A stretch of DNA of 39,871 nt from positions 1 through 39,871 of the forward strand of contig QPMI01000636.1 of the NCBI GenBank assembly GCA_004431415.1, given 5' to 3'. Shown here one piece after another: positions 1 through 10,757 of this stretch. A model generated the notes under the pieces. The model ran no database searches. It was not told the origin of the DNA and saw only the letters and a program-made list of their open reading frames with translations. The stretch comes from Cyanophora paradoxa CCMP329. Lineage: Eukaryota; Plantae; Glaucophyta. Position 1 is the stretch's first letter. Each line of letters opens with the position of its first letter. A program made the position numbers and the translations under genes.

Positions 1-1246
1 TCTGGAGCCAAAAAACGCTGCGCATCACTGTGTTCGCTCGGCCTTATAGCTATAGCTACCGCTAACCCTGAACAGCTGGCTAAAAGATGATGGGTGCTGT
101 CGCAGAGGGCTCGCGCGTAAACATAGGCGATCCAGGCCTTCTGGAAGGGTCGGGGCGGAAGTCGACCATGGGGGGTGGAGCGGCAGCCAGCGGCGCCGGT
201 CCTGAAGAGAGCCGTCTTGCGAGAGCATGGTGAGGCGGCCCGCCGCCTCGAGCGCCCGCAGAGCCACGCGGCTGGCGCGCTGCTCGCTCGATCCCGCCGC
301 GCATCTGGTAGACAAGGTATTGAATTTCGACGTCCGCGAGGCATGGCGTCGCGCAGGCGCTCGACGACCCCCTCGTGGAGGTCTCGATCGCAGGCCTGCC
401 ATTCATGAACAGACGTCAGCTGTACATGTGGGCGGTCCACTTCAATATTTGATGAAACTGCGCGCACCCAACAAAGCGTTTTTTGCGAGCGCGTGGCTCA
501 ATCGAAACTGCACGAACTCGAGTGCACGGCTGTGACCGTGCTGCCGGACATGACGATACAAGTTCTGGCGCCAGCAGAAGTGTTCACGGGCTCCGTCCGG
601 ACAATGTAAGCAAATTCCGCCGTTGCATGATGACGACACCGTACGCTGCAGCCTGCGCCACCCGCCCGAGATCCGCCCCAGGACGAGGTCTCCAGGCACA
701 GACGCGGCTTGCAGAACTAGATCGCCGTCCCATCTGGCGCGGGACTTGGTCAGCTGCAGACTCATGATCAGGCGCGCAAATATTTAATTTGGCGAAGCTG
801 CTTGCCTAGTAGCGGAAGCAAGCACCGCCGCCAGTCCGAGAAGCCAAGCAGCGGAGTGCCGACCGCGAGGGCAAAAAAAGCGCCAGGCCGGCCGCGGTCA
901 ACGTGCTCGCTGCGGCCGCGGGCAGCGCGCACGCGGATCTGCGTATATATAAACTCGATTTCGGAGACGTTCTGAACGCAGCAAGAGAGCACGGTCTGGA
1001 CGGCCTGGCGTGCTCGGCTGCCAGCTGGCTGCGATCAGCGGCGCAGCTAGGCAGCGGTGCAAGCGGTTTTGTACATGTTGCAAGCTCAAGCACGATCGCG
1101 AGTGCCACAAAGCGTGCTCGGCTGCGGGCAGCGGCGCGTGCTCGGTACGCAGTGCTGCGGTGCAAGCTTGATGCATGCAGTGAAAAGTAGTCCAGGCGGC
1201 TCGGGTACCGTGCGCATGCGGCGTATACGCGGCGCACTGAAGCGGT

Positions 1247-1387
1247 AATCTAGAGGTGACAGCTAGAGAGAAGTGGTTCCATGCAGAACCGCGCAACGAA
1301 GAGCAAGGCGTATGTGACGCATTGCGAGGGAAGCCGAAATCTAGAGGAGACAGCTAGGGAGAACTGGTTCCATGCAGAACCGCGCAA
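1247..1387. repeat. Imperfect ~50-bp direct duplication, period ~91 bp
   Basis: aatctagagg(t/a)gacagctag(a/g)gagaa(g/c)tggttccatgcagaaccgcgcaa occurs at ~1247 and ~1338. Confidence 0.8.
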
Positions 1388-1651
1388 GGAATTCGAAGAC
1401 CGGAGTAAGAGAGAAGTTCGTCTTCCCTCGAAAACCACTTTTTCCCCTCGAATTCGACGCTCGAAAGTCGAGAGCTGACCGGTTCACCGAGCCAATCGGA
1501 TCGCGAATAAAGCACCATTTTTTCTGCTGTTGCATACTGGCCCTCGAAAACGGCCTCATAGAAAACTTTTGGCTGAAGCGAGGAACGGGAAGCAAGGGGG
1601 GAAGACCTTCGGTCTTCTTTTCCCCCTTGCAATTTGCACTCGTCTCAATCG

Positions 1652-1993
1652 ACGTCGTATGCGCGTAAGCGTAGACGAAGATTTGTGCAAGCCGTCAGTG
1701 CAAAACAGCCGACAAGCTCAGCTACCGGCGCGCGCCCGGAAATCGTAACCGCGGCCCGCGGCCGGCGCTCGGCTGCGATCGTGATCGCGCACGAGAAAAC
1801 AAAATATTAATTATGAATGCGAGACGTACCCGTCCGAGCCGCCACGGGTACCGCCTGCTATTGATTGCATCACTGACGCAAGGCGCCCCTGAGAGCGCCA
1901 GTCCGTCTGAGGCGCGCCGCCCGCCCCGCTCGCGGGCGGCGCGCCTTGTTCTTCAATCTTTTACTACGATCTGTGCGAGGAATCGCCTCGCGC
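1652..1993 (+). repeat. Split direct repeat A1
   Basis: Near-identical to 8736-9076; the ORF track shows the same MNARRTRPSRHG peptide at 1813 and 8896. Confidence 0.93.
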
Positions 1994-3076
1994 CAGCAGC
2001 AGCAGCACAGAGCGGACGCGGCGTGGGACGATCGGACGATCGTACCAGCGCCAAATTCGGCGTTCGACCACGGTCGGCGAAGCCACAGCGTCCGGAAAAG
2101 GTCAGTGGGCCTTCGCGCGGCTGGGCGGCCCGCAGACTTGTCTGCAATCACGGCGCCCGACCTCGCACCCACGACCCGGTCCGCGCAACGACGGCATTTC
2201 GTCTGCATCGGTCGTAAGCGCCAGCCCGCGCTCCCCCTCCCGGAGCCACGCCGCGCGTTTTCCCGCTCGTGCGATGCTTGAGAGCCGCGGACGGCCGCCA
2301 TCGTCGGCCCAGCGGCTTCCCAGTCATATGATGAGATTCTAACGATTAGCCGATCGCGCAGAGATCGCGCCGACTCACCACGGCGTCACGGACCCGCCGC
2401 TGGCTCCGACGTTCGTGACAGGGCGCGATCTCCCTCCCCTACGCGCGCGCCCTCGTGAGGCAGTCCGCCTGCTTTTGGATCGTTCGATTCACGGAATTCG
2501 ATCCGCAGGCCATGCATATGGCGCGGGCGCCCACCCGGCTCGCCCGATTGCCTCCGCAAGCGCGCCCTCGCGGCTGCGACCTCCCCTCCCCGCGGAGTTG
2601 GGCGCCGAGTAGCGGCCCGGGGCGCCGAATAGCGGCTGCAGCCCAGAGCCCCTCCCGTTTTGCCTGGCCTCCCTGCCGGCACGCGCGCGCCTATACGGCT
2701 GCGGACGCCTTCCCTCCATTTCTGGGGCGCCGATTGATGGCTGCATCCCGCAGTTCTCCCATGCTCCGGCGCTAGCCGTTGAGCCTGCTCCGGCGCCAGC
2801 CGTCGAGCCGCTCCGGCGGCAGCCGTCGAGCCAGTCTGGCCTGCCCACGGTGCGCCCGCGACGCCCTGCCTTCACTGAGCTTAGCTCACATGCTGAACGC
2901 AGCAAACTGGGCGCGTTCGGGCGATCAGCTGTCTAGAAAGCCAGGCTTGAGGGTGCGCTCACCTGTGCGCAGCGGGCTCAGCCCGAATCCTGGCGGCCGG
3001 ACGGCCTTCAGCGAGCCCTCGGGTACGCGCCTCCCTATCGCTTCGGCGCAGGCGCAGTCTCGCCTGACGCGGCTCC

Positions 3077-4871
3077 CGCAGTTTCAGACTGCGGAGTGGC
3101 CTGGGGCGGCCCCTCTTGGTGCGCCCCGCTCCTCTCTGAGGTGGCCCGCAGTTTCAGACTGCGGAGGGCTCGGGCGAACCTTCTTGGTGCGCCACCCCTC
3201 TCCTCTCTCGGCGCAGGCAGCCGCGCCTGACGCAGCCCCCGCAGTTTCAGACTGCGGAGCGGCCCGGGGCGGCCCTCTCGGTGCGCCCCGCTCCCTCTCT
3301 GAGGTGGCCCCCGCAGTTTCAGACTGCGGAGCGGCCCGGGGCGGCCCCTCTCGGTGCGCCCCGCTCTCTCTCTGAGGTGGCCCCGCAGTTTCAGACTGCG
3401 GAGCGGCCTGGGCACCCTCTCGTGCGCCCCGCTCTCTCTGAGGTACCCGCAGTTTCAGACTGCGGAGCGGCCCGGGCGCCCCTCTCGTGCGCCCCGCTCT
3501 CTCTCTGAGGTGGCCCCGCAGTTTCAGACTGCGGAGCGGCTGGGCAGCCCCTTCGTGCCCCGCCTCTCTCTGTGAGGTGGCCCCCAGTTTCAAACTGCGG
3601 AGCGGCCTGGGCGCCTCTCGCGTGCGCCCCCCTCTCGCTTCGGCGCAGGCGCAGCCTCGCCGACGCAGCCCCGCAGTTTCAGACTGCGGAGGCCCGGGGC
3701 GAACCTTCTTGGTGCGCCCCCTCTCTCCTCTCTCAGCGCAGGCGCAGCCGCGCCGGACGCAGCCCCGCAGTTTCAGACTGCGGAGGGCCCGGGCGAACTT
3801 CTTGGTGCGCCCCCCGCTCCTCTCTCGGCGCAGGCGCAGCACGCCTGACGCGGCCCCCGCAGTTCAGCCTGCGGATGGCCTAGGGCGGCCCTCTTGGTGC
3901 GCCCCGCTCTCTCTCTGAGTGGCCCCCGCAGTTTGAGACTGCGGAGCGCCTGGGCGAACCTTCTTGTGCGCCACCCCTCTCCTCTTCCGACGCAGGCGCA
4001 GCCGCGCCTGACGCAGCTCCGCAGTTTCAGACTGCGGAGCGGCCGGGCGGCCCCCTTGGTGCGCCCCGCTCTCTCTCTCTCTCTCTCTCTGAGGTGGACC
4101 CGCAGTTTCAGACTGCGGAGCGGCCCGGGCGGCCCTCTCGGTGCGCCCCGCTCTCTCTCTGAGGTGGCCCCGCAGTTTCAGACTGCGGAGCGGCCTGGGC
4201 AGCCCCTCTCGGTGCGCCCCGCTCTCTCTCTGAGGTGGCCCCGCAGTTTTCAGACTGCGGAGCGGCCCGGGCGGCCCCTCTCGGTGCGCCCGCTCTGTCT
4301 CTCTGAGGTGGCCCCGCAGTTTCAGACTGCGGAGCGGCCTGGGGCAGCCCCTCTCGGTGCGCCCGCTCTCTCTGTGAGGTGGCCCCCGCAGTTTCAAACT
4401 GCGGAGCGGCCTGGGGCGTCCTTCTCGCGTGCGCCCCCCTCTCGCTTCGGCGCAGGCCAGCCTCGCCGACGCAGCCCCCGCAGTTTCAGACTGCGGAGCG
4501 GCCCGGCGCCACCCACTCGGCGTGCGCCCCTCTCCTCTTCAGCGCAGGCGCAGCCGCGCCCGACGCGGCCTCCACAGTTTTTGAACTGCGGGCGGCCCGG
4601 GGCGAACTTCTCGGTGCGCCCCCTTCTCTCTTCGGCGCAGGCGCAGCCTCGCCTGACGCGGCCCCGCAGTTTTCGAACTGCGGGCGGCCCGGGGCGAGCC
4701 TCTTGGTGAACGCCCGCTCTTCTCTTCGGCGCAGGCGCAGCCGCGCCTGATGACGCGGCCCACCGCAGTTTTCGAACTGCGGGGCGGCCCGGGGCGACCT
4801 GCTTGGTGCGCCCTCTCTCCTCTTCGGCGTAAGCCGCGCCTGACGCGGCCCCCGCAGTTTCAGACTGCGGA
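3077..4871. repeat. GC-rich minisatellite: ~23 units of ~65-100 bp with hairpin core ccgcagtttcagactgcgg
   Basis: The core has a 7-bp stem (ccgcagt/actgcgg). Inter-core segments fall into two related subtypes (…ctctctgaggtggcc and …gcgcaggcgcagc…gacgc). Confidence 0.9.
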
Positions 4872-5299
4872 GTGGCCTGGGGCGGCCCCTCTTCTTCTTC
4901 TGGGCGGCAGACTGCGCAGCGGCCGAAGGGCTTCTGGGTGCGCGCCCCCCTTTCCCGTGACGCAGGCACAGCCTCGCCTGACATTTACCCGCAGTCTTAG
5001 AGTGCAGGGCGGCTGCGGCGGCTCTTCTTGGCGGCGCGCCCAGCGCCGCGGCGCAGGCGCAGCCTCGCGGGGCGGCCAAGAGGCGGCACTGGTGGCCGCC
5101 TCTCCCTTGCAGCCCCTGGCCAGGTGCCCGCCGCGCCGCTCCGCCTTGCCTGCCTTGGTGGCAGGCGTACGTGCTTCTGAGCGCTACAATACAAAGGCTC
5201 GTTGACCCTAGCTCTCGCACGGTTGCGCATGCGGCAGGGGCGCGCGCGCAGCGAACCTATAGCCTGGTCTGCGGGCTCACCCTGCGGGCTTGCCCTCCC

Positions 5300-8100
5300 C
5301 GACATCACGGTCCAATATATATATAAGCGCCGCAGTACGCCCACAAGTTCTGGCACTGGCAACAGATCTAGATCTAGTGAGCCTCGCCTCGGAGCCGCCG
5401 AGGCTGCCGAGCCCCCATTATTATTATATGCATGTACCGGCCGACAAGCCGTCCGACGGTCGCTGAGCCTCGGAGCACGCCGAACTCGCGAACGTGAACG
5501 TTAACTTAGGCGAGGCCGCGCGCCCACCGCGGCCGACCGCCGCGGCTCTTACATATATTCGAATTCATGATCATGCATATGATTGCGAGTCAACTTTCCA
5601 TCCGGACTCCGGACGCATTTGCATGCGCATATGCGCATGCAGCGTCACCGAATTTTTTTTTCTCGAGCTCCTTTCGGCCGGCGCGGCGCCGGGCGATCGC
5701 GAGCGCTAGCGCTAGATTAGACGTCGACGCTGAGCGCTACCGGCACTGCCGCCGATCGCGAGTGTGTGCGTCCACCCCGCGGTCAGCAGATCTAGATCTA
5801 GATCTAGATCTAGCCTAGTAGCTGTGCCCGGCGGCCGGATATATATGTATGCAGATACTGCAACGCAAGTTAATTTCGGTGGCGCATACGTATACATGCA
5901 CATGCACTCTATCTTGAAGTGGCCCCACGATCCGCACACCTGGCCATGGCACGGCCGCGGTACACGTGCGCTGTACACAGGAGCGGCGCGGGTTTCCGAT
6001 GTTCGGATATATATCAATCCGAGTCGACTTGACTCGTCGACGTCAGTGACTCAGTGAGCTTCGCGTGCGATCCGATGATCATGATCAACCATTCATGATC
6101 AAATATGATCAATTGTGCGATCGCGCGCCGCATGCGCAATATTCAGAATCGCGCGCCGCATGCGCAGCACTCGAACTTGCTCGCAATACGATCGCAATCA
6201 TGATCATTGATCGTCCAGATCGATATCGATCATCAAATAAGACTTATTGTGCCGCACTACCGTAGTACTTATACGGTCCCGCGGCCGCCACATGCGCGCG
6301 CGCATACCAGTACCGGCGTCGGCACGTCGGCGACTCGGCGGTACCCAGATCTAGACTCTAGATCTTGCAATCGATTCACAGCTTCGCGCCCCCCGGCCCC
6401 GGCGGCGCCGGGCCCCGGCCCGGCCCTTGAGACCTCAGTCTCTCTCTTATGGCAATTTTACATGCACAACGCTAAGAAGACCACTTCCTGAGTCACCCTG
6501 CGGTTCCAGCTGTCGGTCCGCGCCGCGCGCGTCATAAAGGTCACTGCCAACCGTTGAATTCGAACGCGAACCGGCGATCTCGCGATCGTCCCTTGCAAAA
6601 ATTGCACGGCCCGGCGGCGCACGTCCTCCCTTCAGCTTGGGAAGGCCGGGGCCGTCGTAATCCGACGCGTACGTCGACGCGACGTGGACGCCGGCCGCAG
6701 CGCCCTTGCGGTCATCGGATACATATATTAGTTGGCATTGCAAATTGAGCTGCCAGGCTGTTTTCGGATCGCGATCGGACGTCAACGTACGTCATATATA
6801 TATCGCTATATATATAGCCTCCGGGCAACAATTCATGATCAAGCGCCCGCGGCCGGCACCCGTACGCGTCGTAATCAAGCTCAAACGGCGTCGGCGTGAG
6901 CTTGCATCAGGACCGTCGGACTCTAGGATCACGGGACGTACGCGTGCCGCAGCGCGCGTTGCGGCGCGATCTTGGTAGCCTTGGCCGATTGACCCCGGCC
7001 CGGCGGTAATTAATGCCTATGCACATGATCATATACAGCATTATAGTAACGCGCGCATATCATAGTATATGATTTTGGTCCGACGGTCATATAAAGTAGT
7101 ACTACGGTATGCTTGCAATTGCAATTGCACCCCTGGTCATGGACGGACCGGAGTCTTTCGCGCGGCCACGCCGGCACGCGTACGTGTGCACCCAAGCCCT
7201 CATGATCATGATCAGGGCCCGGCCGCGGGGCCTGGCACTGCGCCAATTGTCAACGATGCAAACACGCACGGCAACATTAATTGCACCGTCCGACGAAAAT
7301 GAACACGTACACTGCCGCGCAGTGCGCCGGCGCAATTGCGCAATTGCAATCCATCTGCATCGATATCGATTCTACGATATCGATCGCGATACTATGCTGT
7401 CGATATCGATACTCCGACCCCGATGAGCGAGATCGGCCGCGGAGCGGCAGATCTAGAGTGCCTGTCCTCTAGATCTAGATCTAGATCTCGCGATGCTGTG
7501 ATGAGCCCACATTGTGTCGAGTGCCCGTGGCGACGTCAACTTAGAACGTGGCAACAAAAACGATCATCGGATGATATCGCTCACAATCATGAATTGCGAC
7601 AGGGGGGATACCGTGATCTCAACGACCCCCCGTGCCCCCGTGACCACTGCGGCCACGTGCACCAGATCGCCCGCGTTCGCGTGCGGGGGTTAACGTTCGA
7701 ACTAAATTTCAGAATTGAACGGGCGTTGCCGGATTCTGTTTGAGCTCCTAATATTAATGAAGCTGGCGCACGAACTCGAAAGATGCAGCTGGTGAACTCT
7801 CTCGCGAGTCGCGACAAGCTGCACGGCGGCGGTCTCGAGCTCGCGACGTTGACGTGCGATCGCGAGCTCGAGTTCAGACTTTCTACGATACATCGAGCTC
7901 AAGCTCTTCAGCCGCGGTCAACGCGGCAGTCCCGGATTCCGATCTCGGAATATAATATCCGTTTTCACATTACGAGCGACATCGATATATCTATCCGATG
8001 ATCAGTGACTATTAAATTTAATTTTTTATAAAGATGGCTATAGCGACTGATCGTGAGCACGCACAGGCTCGCCATAAGCTTGCCATGATGCTGCCCCCCG
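5300..8100. other. Non-coding region dense in short palindromes
   Basis: Very frequent self-complementary words (agatctagatct, tcatga, atcgat, gcatgc, caattg, tatata, gcgcgc). No credible ORF. Confidence 0.6.
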
Positions 8101-8189
8101 ATAGTTCCACAAGTACTATCGAGTGCTTCAGCTTAAAAGCTTCTTTTACTTGCTGAGCTGCTGCTGCTGCTTGAGGCCTGGCCTTGGTC

Positions 8190-8735
8190 TGGTTTGTGCA
8201 CGGCGGGCGAAGCCCGCCGGCCCACCAACTATTTCCTGCCTCCGTCTCAAACCGCTGTACTTACCAGCGGTCGCTGTACCCGCCTCCGAATCACGTGAAG
8301 GCTGCGGCCGACCACGTGAGAGCCTGGGCCAGATGCCCCTCAAGAAATCGGGCACTAACCCAGAGGGGTACAGCAATTGTAGACTCGCAGTAGCTCGTCA
8401 GAAAAAGCACTTGATGTGGACCCTGGGAAGCATCCGCCGGTATCCTCGGCTTGAGAGAACTGATAAACCGTGATCCAACACGGTGGAAGGTTCTCTCCGG
8501 TTTTGCGCCGCAAAACCGTGCTCCCCGCGACTGCCAAACACAATATATGCACGCAGCAATATAGTCGCGAATTAATAATAGAATAGAAACTAGCCCGCCG
8601 AGTGGCAGTAGCCGTCGTACGCGTGGCAGAATAGATCACGTCATAGAAGTAGGTAGAGAAACAATACTCTCGTGATCTATATATAATTCATGCGAGCTTT
8701 TCGGCGAAGAAAAAGCACGTGAGGCCAAGCATAAA
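8190..8735 (+). repeat. Split direct repeat B1
   Basis: Near-identical to 10208-10757, differing by small indels. Confidence 0.93.
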
Positions 8736-9076
8736 ACGTCGTATGCGCGTAAGCGTAGACGAAGATTTGTGCAAGCCGTCAGTGCAAAACAGCCGACAAG
8801 CTCAGCTACCGGCGCGCGCCCGGAAATCGTAACCGCGGCCGCGGCCGGCGCTCGGCTGCGATCGTGATCGCGCACGAGAAAACAAAATATTAATTATGAA
8901 TGCGAGACGTACCCGTCCGAGCCGCCACGGGTACCGCCTGCTATTGATTGCATCACTGACGCAAGGCGCCCCTGAGAGCGCCAGTCCGTCTGAGGCGCGC
9001 CGCCCGCCCCGCTCGCGGGCGGCGCGCCTTGTTCTTCAATCTTTTACTACGATCTGTGCGAGGAATCGCCTCGCGC
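8736..9076 (+). repeat. Split direct repeat A2
   Basis: Copy of 1652-1993 immediately following B1. Confidence 0.93.
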
Positions 9077-10207
9077 ACCCACCCTCCCACACCTCGTCGT
9101 ACACAGTGAAGTATTCGTTCACGTGTACTGCAGCTGGCAGACTTGAGCTCTGCAGCTGATCGTGAGACAGATCTGCCATGTCATGGTCAAATTACAAGTC
9201 GCGCTGTCGGCGCTGGACTTGCAATTGCAATTAACTTGCAATAGTTAACGTTTCGAGAACCAGGGCCCATTCATGGCTATATATATATTAAACCAGGCTC
9301 ATGCATATGCCCAGTCGAGCTCGGAGCCCTCATCAGGGGCCTAAGCCTGGCCATAAGAGGTCCGCAGTCGAGCTGGAGCCTGCAGTCTTTCGCTGCAGAA
9401 CGCCTACGTATACGTATACGGGCCTATAATTAAAAATTGGCACGGAGACCGGAACCCGGGTCTCCAATCTGTAGTGCCATGGTCACCGACTAGCTCTAGG
9501 CCTAGGGCGCGAACCGGATATCGATACACGCACACGCGCGATGTCGACGTCCAGCCCTCGCGATTAATATTGAGCTCCCCGCCATTGAACATGGCCGTCG
9601 GAGTAATTCTCTGCATCCGGATCCGGATCTTTAATTATAAGCTCATGTAATTCATGAGCTGGATCGGGTGGATTAATCGCACGATCGCGAGTCCTTCGCA
9701 ATTGTAAGCCGTGAGCTGCGAATTCGAAGCAAGCCGCAGGCTGCAAAATGCATATGGCCACGGAAGACTCGCGACCGGAGAAGAGCTCGAGACAAAAATC
9801 GAGATCGGGCTGATACATTCGACATGGCTTGCGGGCATCAACCCCGCGATTGCGATCGACGCGATTGAAATCGCTAGTATGGCATCGATTGGTGCCCAAA
9901 GCGATCGCACTGCAAGCCCGAGAGGGATAATAAGGAATAGTGGCAAGTCGACGTCGAACTAGCTTGCCTTACCGGATCTAGATCTGCGGCTAGAAGCCTG
10001 CAGCTGGCGGCGGAGACGCCCAGATCCGAATTTCATATAACGTCGACCTCAGGCCTTGTAATTGCACATGCATGGAGAATAGCAGGCTCTTACGTAATTA
10101 AGAGATCGAGAAAGCGTTAAGCTCGTCGAATGACCGACAAAGCTCGATCCGCACTGCTTTCCTGTGCTGTACTCCATTGAAGAGGCGAGGACAGTCCGTG
10201 AGTGGTG

Positions 10208-10757
10208 TGGTTTGTGCACGGCGGGCGAAGCCCGCCGGCCCACCAACTATTTCCTGCCTCCGTCTCAAACCGCTGTACTTACCAGCGGTCGCTGTACCCC
10301 GCCTCCGAATCACGTGAAGGCTGCGGCCGACCACGTGAGAGGCCTGGGCCAGATGCCCCTCAAGAAATCGGGCACTAACCAGAGGGGTACAGCAATTGTA
10401 GACTCGCAGTAGCTCGTCAGAAAAAGCACTTGATGTGGACCCCTGGGGAAGCATCCGCCGGTATCCTCGGCTTGAGAGAACTGATAAACCGTGATCCCAA
10501 CACGGTGGAAGGTTCTCTCCGGTTTTGCGCCGCAAAACCGTGCTCCCCGCGACTGCCAAACACAATATATGCACGCAGCAATATAGTCGCGAATTAATAA
10601 TAGAATAGAAACTAGCCCGCCGAGTGGCAGTAGCCGTCGTACGCGTGGCAGAATAGATCACGTCATAGAAGTAGGTAGAGAAACAATACTCTCGTGATCT
10701 ATATATAATTCATGCGAGCTTTTCGGCGAAGAAAAAGCACGTGAGGCCAAGCATAAA
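10208..10757 (+). repeat. Split direct repeat B2 (right end of the element)
   Basis: Copy of 8190-8735 ending in ggccaagcataaa, directly followed by the resumed array unit. Confidence 0.93.

Larger units (their letters stand above)
1652..10757 (+). mobile_element. Non-autonomous split-direct-repeat element (PAT/Ngaro/TOC1-like tyrosine-recombinase retroelement architecture)
   Basis: A1 1652-1993 matches A2 8736-9076, and B1 8190-8735 matches B2 10208-10757. B1 abuts A2 (gcataaa|acgtcg). Removing 1652-10757 rejoins ...atttgcactcgtctcaatcg|tgcgacctcgcag, the intact 292-bp array unit, with no TSD. No RT or YR ORF is recognisable. Confidence 0.72.

Noticed and set aside
1-1630. Host gene exons (e.g. 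ORFs 227-535 and 903-1190)
   Set aside because: They are somewhat protein-like, but I found no recognisable motif or consistent splice model, so they cannot be supported.
3077-4871. CRISPR array (hairpin repeat with spacers)
   Set aside because: The spacers are homologous to each other and variable in length, there are no cas genes, and the context is eukaryotic.
3035-4984. Long ORFs across the GC-rich repeats (PLRSLKLRG / AAPQSETAG); likewise the ORFs in the 292-bp and 101-bp arrays
   Set aside because: They are by-products of stop-poor repeats. Unit lengths are not multiples of three and the frames shift between units.
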